Positions 1 to 4,458 of a stretch of DNA of 4,458 nucleotides are shown here, piece after piece. The notes beneath the pieces were generated by a model. The model saw only the letters and a program-made list of their open reading frames with translations, did not search any database and had not been told where the DNA came from. The position numbers and the translations under genes were made by a program. Source of the DNA: a virus (taxonomy: Duplodnaviria > Heunggongvirae > Uroviricota > Caudoviricetes); the IMG/VR virus record IMGVR_UViG_2690315994_000021. One strand, written 5' to 3'. Numbering within the stretch: position 1 is the first letter of the stretch; each line of letters begins with the position of its first letter.

Positions 1-68
1 GCGATCTGCTGGTAGTGACGCGCCCAGCTCTGAGCCTCAAGACGATCCTGAATGTAATAAGCGTTCAT
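1..68 (-). CDS. Hypothetical prophage early-region protein, 5' end only (gene continues beyond the left edge)
   Basis: Minus-strand ATG at 68-66 opens a frame that stays open to position 1 ([23 protein letters not shown]...). AGGAG (plus 76-80 as ctcct) lies 7 nt upstream of the ATG. Same orientation as the upstream minus gene, consistent with a leftward operon. The N-terminus looks familiar from E. coli prophage small proteins, but I cannot name it reliably. Confidence 0.55.
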   Translation of the reverse strand, partial: MNAYYIQDRLEAQSWARHYQQI

Positions 69-143
69 GGCTGAACTCCTGAAAATGGCTGTGAAAATAT
101 CGCCCGCGAAATGCCAGGCTGATTAGGAAAACAGGAAAGGGGA

Positions 144-434
144 TTAGTGATTCAGGCCGTTACCGCGTCCGTCGAGAAAAACTTCCACGAGCAAATCACG
201 GGTATAAGTGCGCTCGATGCCGCGATGCAGATATAGCCGTCCGCGTAAATTAGCTGATGCAGTCCAGGTACCATCTTTGTGTTTGACCAGCATTCCTGGC
301 ATGACCGCACCGCGATTAACGGTCTGCGTTCCGTAATGTTGATGAACCATAAAAACTCCTGCCCGTAAGCTGGGCTGCTGAACATATATAGACTTCTGCG
401 CGTATTCAGGCGGTGGATGGCCGCCGGTTGTCAT
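144..434 (-). CDS. Hypothetical small prophage protein, first gene downstream of the leftward promoter (start uncertain: TTG 554, ATG 434 or ATG 350)
   Basis: The track ORF 144..554 starts at a TTG with no SD, and its first 40 codons are rich in rare Arg/Gly codons (AGG, CGG, CGA, GGA, GGG). ATG at 434 has GAGG about 10 nt upstream. ATG at 350 has a strong AGGAG 5 nt upstream. Stop is TAA at 146-144. The body has ordinary codon usage at about 50 percent GC. No family assigned. Confidence 0.5.
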   Translation of the reverse strand: MTTGGHPPPEYAQKSIYVQQPSLRAGVFMVHQHYGTQTVNRGAVMPGMLVKHKDGTWTASANLRGRLYLHRGIERTYTRDLLVEVFLDGRGNGLNH

Positions 435-617
435 AACTAAGCCGCCTCGTTGAAGCGACTGAGGTATGAAGTGTTGAGTTGATTTCAGCTGGTCACACCG
501 ACGTTCACGCGTCCGTTTCACCCCTCGCACTCCCCGGAGCCTGCCGAAATTCAAGCTGCGGATCTAAGCGGTCATCGCAACGGTGAAGTTATAAATTTTG
601 TGATACCAACATCGATG

Positions 618-671
618 CAATAGCATGACAATAGCAATGGCTATTGGTGTGGTCAATAGCAATTGGTATTG
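618..671 (-). promoter_or_regulatory. Left operator-like cluster with embedded leftward sigma70-like promoter (pL/oL analogue)
   Basis: Heptamer CAATAGC at 618-624, 629-635 and 654-660; inverse GCTATTG at 640-646; GGTATTG at 665-671. These form an 18-bp palindrome CAATAGCAATGGCTATTG (629-646) and an imperfect copy (654-671). On the minus strand, TTGACC (plus 651-656) - 17 bp - TATTGT (plus 628-633) gives a promoter firing leftward from about 620. The same heptamer recurs in the cI-cro intergenic region. Confidence 0.45.
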
Positions 672-907
672 ATAATGTTTGATATACTTGTTCTGATTGA
701 TAATTAAATGAATTTTTATAAAAAAGAGTATGAAGACTTATTGGTGTGGCTGAAATTTGTACAGCTTTAATGTGCCTCGTGACAGAGGGGCATCGGGTTG
801 TGGTGAGCTCGGTAGGTTGGCAGCAAATTTAATCGAATATTGGTAGTCTGAGTTCTTATGTGTATTTTTTTTAGTCAGTTGCTAAATGATACATAAATGA
901 CTTATTA

Positions 908-932
908 GCCCCGCCATCGCTTTGTACGGGGC
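908..932. terminator. GC-rich hairpin immediately 3' of the SIR2-like gene; candidate intrinsic terminator, possibly bidirectional
   Basis: gccccg (908-913) pairs with cggggc (927-932) around a 13-nt loop. On the plus strand it is followed by a T-rich run (gtttatttaatttatctttt). On the minus-strand RNA it lies just after the stop codon (939-941) and is followed by a moderately U-rich tail. Confidence 0.35.
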
Positions 933-938
933 GTTTAT

Positions 939-1877
939 TTAATTTATCTTTTCAACATTTCCATGAATCAACAAGTCGTAGGCAAGAAATAGTTTCCTAT
1001 ACTGGGTTTTTAAATTGTCAACGTCGCATGTCTTGAATTGAACAAACGCTTCTTTTTTAACATAATCTTCAATCTCCTCTTTGGGGATATTTTTTATGTT
1101 CTTAATGACTATAGACAATTCTTTGTACTTTTTGAACGTTGCATCCTTTATATCTTTGATGTTGGTGTAAATTTTATTTGCATTGATTTTATCTAAGGTG
1201 ATTTTATTGAGCAAGTCGTCTAGTTTTCCGTGGCGTTCAATGCGTTGATTTAGTTTTAACACATATTTAGCTGGCAAACTTAACTCTTTCAAATTACATG
1301 AGGTTATAGTTTTTGAAAATGGAAGTTGTAATGAGTTTACTGAGCCTAATATGAAATCTATGGCTAATTTATTAGATATTTCATTTTTATTAAATAAGTA
1401 ATCTTCAAGATAATTTATTTCTTTAACTTGTGTGAATACATACTTTTTATCGCCTAGAGCAACAACTAAATTTTTTCCTTGTTTAACACTTTCTTCAAGT
1501 CTGTCTAAGTCAGAAGGTGAAACCAATAGAGTATCTAAGTGCCCTTTTTCACCCTCATTAATGATAAGTGTTTTGATGGCTCTTTGATACCTTAAAACAT
1601 CATAAGGTGAGAGCCCTTCATCAACAGCACTGATCTCATCATAGATCTGTTTATAGTTATCTGTTTTAACAGATGTATATGTAATTTGTAGCTGTTGATC
1701 GGTAATCTGTTTTGGTACTACTTCCTGTTCATTCTCTTTATATTCAATCAAAATTATTCTTTCAGCTGATTTTCGACCATCTTCTCTAGGTAGTTGTGAG
1801 GAAAAATCAGAAAGAAGTTTCTTTACATTCCTGTCAGTTAAAGAATATCCAAGAAAAACTATTGGATTTTTAATCAT
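939..1877 (-). CDS. SIR2-family protein, 3' portion: longest start-codon-initiated segment of a longer disrupted gene (frame stays open upstream to 2132)
   Basis: The 312-aa track ORF starts MIKNPIVFLGYSLTDR, which looks like an internal SIR2-like strand and not an N-terminus. Translating the same frame upstream of the ATG gives, with no stop until 2135-2133, ...NINKKAKIIITTNYDAFIKNLL...WSELYKIHGDIKDPH...: a TTNYD motif (2102-2088) and an HG motif (H at 1979-1977). This matches the sirtuin TQNID and catalytic HG motifs. There is no ATG, GTG or TTG in frame between 2132 and 1877, so the track boundary is an artefact of start-codon searching. Confidence 0.75.
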   Translation of the reverse strand: MIKNPIVFLGYSLTDRNVKKLLSDFSSQLPREDGRKSAERIILIEYKENEQEVVPKQITDQQLQITYTSVKTDNYKQIYDEISAVDEGLSPYDVLRYQRAIKTLIINEGEKGHLDTLLVSPSDLDRLEESVKQGKNLVVALGDKKYVFTQVKEINYLEDYLFNKNEISNKLAIDFILGSVNSLQLPFSKTITSCNLKELSLPAKYVLKLNQRIERHGKLDDLLNKITLDKINANKIYTNIKDIKDATFKKYKELSIVIKNIKNIPKEEIEDYVKKEAFVQFKTCDVDNLKTQYRKLFLAYDLLIHGNVEKIN

Positions 1878-2525
1878 GTTAGATAGTATCTTGGCACTAA
1901 TGAGTATAGATTTGTTGTCATATTTTTCGTAATCATCTTTATTTATGATTATTGAGTGTGGATCCTTTATATCACCATGGATTTTGTATAACTCACTCCA
2001 TCCAATAGTATCTTCGAAAAAACCATTATTTCCAATATAGAGTTTTGGAGTTACATTTTGCTCTTGAAGTAAATTTTTTATGAAAGCATCATAATTTGTA
2101 GTGATGATTATCTTGGCCTTTTTATTAATGTTTTAAATGATGCTAATTCATCAAGATTTACATCCTTTCTGATTGTGTTATTAGAAAATCTTTGGCATAT
2201 AGCGTATTTAAATGGTGAAATATCTTCACTAAAAACCCTCTTGGCATCTAGTCCATTTAATTTTAATTTGCCAGTCCTAAACAATAGATTGTAATCATTT
2301 TCAATTTTACTTGCTGCCTCTGTATAAATCTTATGATCGATATCATTATCACTGTTATTTTTATGTGATTCTTTTATTGTTAAAAGATAACTATAGAAAT
2401 CATTTGTGGGATTTGTTATTTTCCAATACTCGTTTAATAGCTCTTCCCACGTTGGGTAGTTCTCTAAATATCTTTTTGAAATGCCTGAGCCAATAAAGAC
2501 TATTGGGTAATTTTTGAATTCAAAA

Positions 2526-2535
2526 TTTTTTTTTT
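2526..2535 (-). repeat. A10 (plus-strand T10) homopolymer spanning codons 3-5 of the SIR2-like gene; frameshift or slippage site
   Basis: Ten consecutive T at plus 2526-2535, read directly. On the coding strand it gives ATG TCA AAA AAA AAA TTT TGA. A 9-A version reads straight into the SIR2 N-terminal domain. Confidence 0.9.
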
Positions 2536-2582
2536 GACATATCCATATACCTTAAGCTCTGCTTGAAACATCCATTCTATAA

Positions 2583-2611
2583 ATTATGAGGATGTCAGCA
2601 TGTCTCACCAA
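2583..2611 (-). promoter_or_regulatory. Possible sigma70-like promoter for the SIR2-like gene within the cI-SIR2 spacer
   Basis: On the minus strand: TTGGTG (plus 2606-2611) - 17 bp - CATAAT (plus 2583-2588), about 40 nt upstream of the ATG at 2540. The -35 is weak. No strong terminator is visible between cI and the SIR2-like gene, so read-through from the cI promoter is also plausible. Confidence 0.2.
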
Positions 2612-2652
2612 AACATCATCTGGTTATCTTGATGAAATCTGTCATTAATAAT

Positions 2653-3345
2653 CTACCCATGTTTTCTATATGTCTGTGGCATGCTCCCAATAACTTTCCC
2701 AAATATAAATACCCGATTCATTTCGTCTTTTTCGATCGGGTCCCATGGTGAGTAGCTCTTGTTATCAGAGATAACCAGCAGCTTATCCTTCATCATTTGC
2801 AGGCGCTTTACATGGGCTGTGTCGTCGTACAGAAACGCATAGATACCATCACCGTCGAAAGATTTAACAGTGATATCAACGAACAGAAGATCACCTGGTT
2901 CGATCGTTCCTGACATGCTGTCACCGCGTACGTTAATGATGCGGATATTTTCTGCCTTCCTGCCATCGAACATGTGACGAGCATCGTCAAACGAGTACTC
3001 AACCGAGCGTAGGACTTCTACAAACTCACGGTTGATGACACCCGGCCCAGCACTGACTTCTATATCAAGAACGTCAATCTTGAAGTATTTGGAATGGTTG
3101 ACAGCAGGCTTCCCTGATTGTTGACCGTCATTTCTCATCGGGCCTATGCCTGATGAGAGCCACTCTGTTCGAACACCCAATGCATTAGCTATTTCAACAA
3201 TTTTTGTTGAGCCGCGTGCGTTGCCGCTTGTCAGTCTCCAGATTGTGGGTTGAGCTACGCCAGACGCCTTTGCAAGAGCGCCTTGAGACATTCCAGATTG
3301 TTCCATCGCTAGGTTTAAGCGATCAGCAAGAGTTTCTTTTTTCAT
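2653..3345 (-). CDS. CI-like prophage repressor: N-terminal XRE-type HTH plus C-terminal LexA/S24 autopeptidase domain
   Basis: The track ORF 2653..3381 starts at a TTG; the likely true start is ATG 3345 (MKKETLADRLNLAMEQSGMSQGALAKASGVAQPTIWRL...), giving 230 aa. The HTH is in the N-terminus. The C-terminal part has VRGDSMSGTIEPGDLLFVD (Ser nucleophile) and HVKRL (Lys), matching the LexA/UmuD/lambda CI Ser-Lys dyad pattern, with a candidate Ala-Gly cleavage site in EVSAGPG. It is divergent from a Cro-like gene. Confidence 0.85.
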   Translation of the reverse strand: MKKETLADRLNLAMEQSGMSQGALAKASGVAQPTIWRLTSGNARGSTKIVEIANALGVRTEWLSSGIGPMRNDGQQSGKPAVNHSKYFKIDVLDIEVSAGPGVINREFVEVLRSVEYSFDDARHMFDGRKAENIRIINVRGDSMSGTIEPGDLLFVDITVKSFDGDGIYAFLYDDTAHVKRLQMMKDKLLVISDNKSYSPWDPIEKDEMNRVFIFGKVIGSMPQTYRKHG

Positions 3346-3354
3346 AAGTTTTAA

Positions 3355-3447
3355 TTTATACGCTTGCGTATTGATGGTCAAAACACGTTTTGCTATTGAT
3401 TGGATTAATACGCATTGCTATTATCCATTCATTGTAATACCAATAGG
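3355..3447. promoter_or_regulatory. Right operator/promoter region: back-to-back divergent promoters for cI (leftward) and cro (rightward) with operator-like heptamers
   Basis: Rightward: TTGATT (3396-3401) - 17 bp - TATTAT (3419-3424), then AGGA (3445-3448) 7 nt before the cro ATG at 3456. Leftward (minus): TTGACC (plus 3376-3381) - 15 bp - TATAAA (plus 3355-3360), ending about 7-10 nt before the cI ATG at 3345, implying a leaderless or near-leaderless cI mRNA as for lambda pRM. Operator-like heptamers: GCTATTG 3392-3398, GCTATTA 3417-3423, CAATAGG 3441-3447. Confidence 0.45.
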
Positions 3448-3455
3448 AATTGATA

Positions 3456-3683
3456 ATGACAAATCAAACCATTCAACTCGCAATCAGTATTACAGGTAGT
3501 CAAAAACGACTGGCAGATCTATGCGGTGTAGCCCAGCCCACTGTTTGGCGTTGGCTACACGGTGGCGGAATTGATGCCCGCTATGTAATGAAAATTGTCT
3601 CAGCCACTGGTGGAAAGATTAAACCAGCAGATATTCGTCCCGACCTTGCACCATTGTTTAACGCGAGTAATTCTGCCGCCTAA
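3456..3683 (+). CDS. Cro-like HTH regulator (YdaS-like family)
   Basis: The track ORF starts at TTG 3450, but ATG 3456 has AGGA at the right spacing. Protein MTNQTIQLAISITGSQKRLADLCGVAQPTVWRWLHGGG...TGGKIKPADIRPDL matches, from memory, the YdaS/Cro-like pattern (ITGSQ, HTH, TGG, DLRPD). It is divergent from the repressor. Stop is TAA at 3681-3683. Confidence 0.8.
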   Translation: MTNQTIQLAISITGSQKRLADLCGVAQPTVWRWLHGGGIDARYVMKIVSATGGKIKPADIRPDLAPLFNASNSAA

Positions 3684-3707
3684 ACTGCGGCGTTAACTGA
3701 TAAGGCA

Positions 3708-4253
3708 ATGACTATGCAACCACTTACATACCAACAGACTAGCGGATTTAGCCCGACTGCGGTGATAAATCGTTCTCAAACAAAACAGGCGCCAGGCCAC
3801 GAAAAAATCCGTGATGCCGTTCGCGCTTGGTCGGCTGCAGATAATCAGGATGTTGTTGCCGCACTCATTGTGAATGAGTATCGGGAGCAGGGCGGCGGCA
3901 CCATCGATTTCCCTGATGATGTCAGCCGTGCACGCCAGAAGCTGTTCCGTTTCCTCGATAACAAATTCGATTCTGAAAAATACCGAAATAACGTGCGTGA
4001 ACTGACCCCGGCAATTCTGGCGGTACTACCGCTGGAATATCGCGGCCACCTGGTTGAGCAGGATAGCTTCATGGCTCGGTTGGCTGAAATGGATAAGGAA
4101 CTCAGTGAGGCAAAGCAGGCGGTCATTCTCAACGCACCACGCCACCAGAAACTGAAGGAAATGAGTGAAGGTATTGTGTCGATGTTTCGTGTGGACCCGG
4201 ATCTGGCTGGTCCATTAATGGCGATGGTTACCACCATGCTGGGGGCAATATGA
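3708..4253 (+). CDS. CII-position regulatory protein, YdaT-like family
   Basis: 181-aa ORF directly after cro (AAGG upstream; alternative ATG at 3714). Motifs EYREQGGG and LTPAILAVLPLEYRGHL resemble what I recall of E. coli Rac YdaT-family proteins. Family assignment is from memory and not verified. Confidence 0.7.
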   Translation: MTMQPLTYQQTSGFSPTAVINRSQTKQAPGHEKIRDAVRAWSAADNQDVVAALIVNEYREQGGGTIDFPDDVSRARQKLFRFLDNKFDSEKYRNNVRELTPAILAVLPLEYRGHLVEQDSFMARLAEMDKELSEAKQAVILNAPRHQKLKEMSEGIVSMFRVDPDLAGPLMAMVTTMLGAI

Positions 4254-4420
4254 CAGGTTCAGAAATGGCGAAAGCCGGTCTGCGGGAACAGAGCCGACTT
4301 TCAGGTGCAAATCGTAACGCACTCATTGCGGAAGGAATTATGGCAAACACTGTGAACCGCCCCGGTTTTCCTGGAGAGTGTTTTATCTGTGAACTCAGGC
4401 TGCCAGATCATCGTTTCTGA
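4250..4420 (+). CDS. Small hypothetical ORF (56 aa), translationally coupled to the upstream gene
   Basis: Its ATG (4250-4252) overlaps the upstream TGA stop (4251-4253) in an ATGA arrangement. Protein MTGSEMAKAGLREQSRLSGANRNALIAEGIMANTVNRPGFPGECFICELRLPDHRF contains a CxxC. It is below the ORF-track size cutoff and I recognise no homology. Confidence 0.3.
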   Translation: MTGSEMAKAGLREQSRLSGANRNALIAEGIMANTVNRPGFPGECFICELRLPDHRF

Positions 4421-4458
4421 TGGAAGCATAATAAGCTTTTTCTGCTTCTGCCGGAGGG

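Larger units (their letters stand above)
939..2540 (-). pseudogene. Full-length SIR2-like (sirtuin-fold NAD-binding, candidate NADase) defence gene, about 533 codons when reconstructed; interrupted by two single-base frameshifts at homopolymers
   Basis: ATG at 2540-2538 is followed by TCA, A10, then TTT TGA (stop after 6 codons). The -1 frame from 2527 reads NFEFKNYPIVFIGSGISKRYLENYPTWEELLNEYW..., open to TAA at 2110-2108, with the Rossmann-type GSGIS loop at 2491-2477. That frame has no canonical start of its own. The downstream frame (2132 to 939) is the same frame as the ATG at 2540. Removing one A from the A10 run and adding one A at the A5 run (2123-2119) or the nearby A4 (2134-2131) gives one continuous ORF with GSGIS, TTNYD and HG in the canonical sirtuin order. 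The region is strongly AT-rich, by eye about 30 percent GC against about 50 percent in the flanks. Confidence 0.65.

Noticed and set aside
152-385. Minus-strand 77-aa ORF overlapping the 144..554 ORF in another frame
   Set aside because: It is fully nested in an alternative frame of a better-supported gene, with no independent support.
435-620. nutL boxA/boxB in the leftward leader
   Set aside because: I searched the minus-strand leader for a CGCTCTTA-like boxA followed by a short hairpin and found only weak partial matches (for example CCGCTTAGA). That is not enough to call.
618-671. CRISPR array or other tandem-repeat element
   Set aside because: The repeats are 7-18 bp, few, in mixed orientation and palindromic. 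That fits operator sites and not a repeat-spacer array.
770-830. GC-richer patch inside the AT-rich left intergenic region as a possible small RNA or gene remnant
   Set aside because: I could not find tRNA-like arms, a stable extended structure or an ORF. It may simply be a transition in composition.
2311-2496. Plus-strand 61-aa ORF (MLPLYKSYDRYHYHCYFYVILLLL...)
   Set aside because: It lies antisense within the SIR2 N-terminal coding region, has low-complexity AT-driven composition and no SD. It is best explained as a shadow ORF.
939-2540. Assignment to Thoeris (ThsA), SIR2-HerA or DSR2
   Set aside because: There is no TIR or HerA partner ORF on either side; both flanks are prophage regulatory genes. 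The gene is about half the size I recall for DSR2, and the C-terminus does not look like SLOG. I therefore leave it as an unclassified SIR2-like single gene.
2808-3002. Minus-strand 64-aa ORF inside the repressor gene
   Set aside because: It is an alternative frame of the CI-like CDS, whose own frame has clear HTH and S24 motifs.
3674-3692. Small hairpin (gccgc/gcggc) overlapping the cro stop as a tR1-like terminator
   Set aside because: It has a 5-bp stem with no following U-run, so it is too weak to call a terminator.
3845-4237. Minus-strand 130-aa ORF antisense to the YdaT-like gene
   Set aside because: It is antisense to a gene with family-like motifs and good context, and its Arg/Ser-rich composition is typical of a GC-rich shadow frame.

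Overview
The window reads as the immunity and early-control region of a lambdoid prophage (Rac-like YdaS/YdaT type) in an enterobacterial genome. A CI-like repressor (minus strand, HTH plus S24 peptidase domain) is divergent from a Cro-like gene and a CII/YdaT-like gene (plus strand), with candidate operators and back-to-back promoters between them. A second operator cluster with a leftward promoter sits at 618-671 and points at minus-strand early genes at the left edge. Between the repressor and that left operator, where lambda carries rexAB, lies a roughly 1.6 kb strongly AT-rich insert encoding a sirtuin (SIR2)-like protein with GSGIS, TTNYD and HG motifs and an unassigned C-terminal region of about 300 residues. 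This gene is not intact as given: the ATG at 2540 is followed by an A10 run and a stop, the SIR2 N-terminal domain lies in the -1 frame, and a second +1 shift is needed near an A5 run (2119-2123) to join the long downstream frame that the ORF track truncates to 939..1877. The main lead is therefore a prophage-borne single-gene SIR2 candidate defence locus that is either phase-variable, slippage-dependent, pseudogenised or mis-sequenced at homopolymers. All homology statements are from reading the translations and from memory of family motifs; no searches were run.
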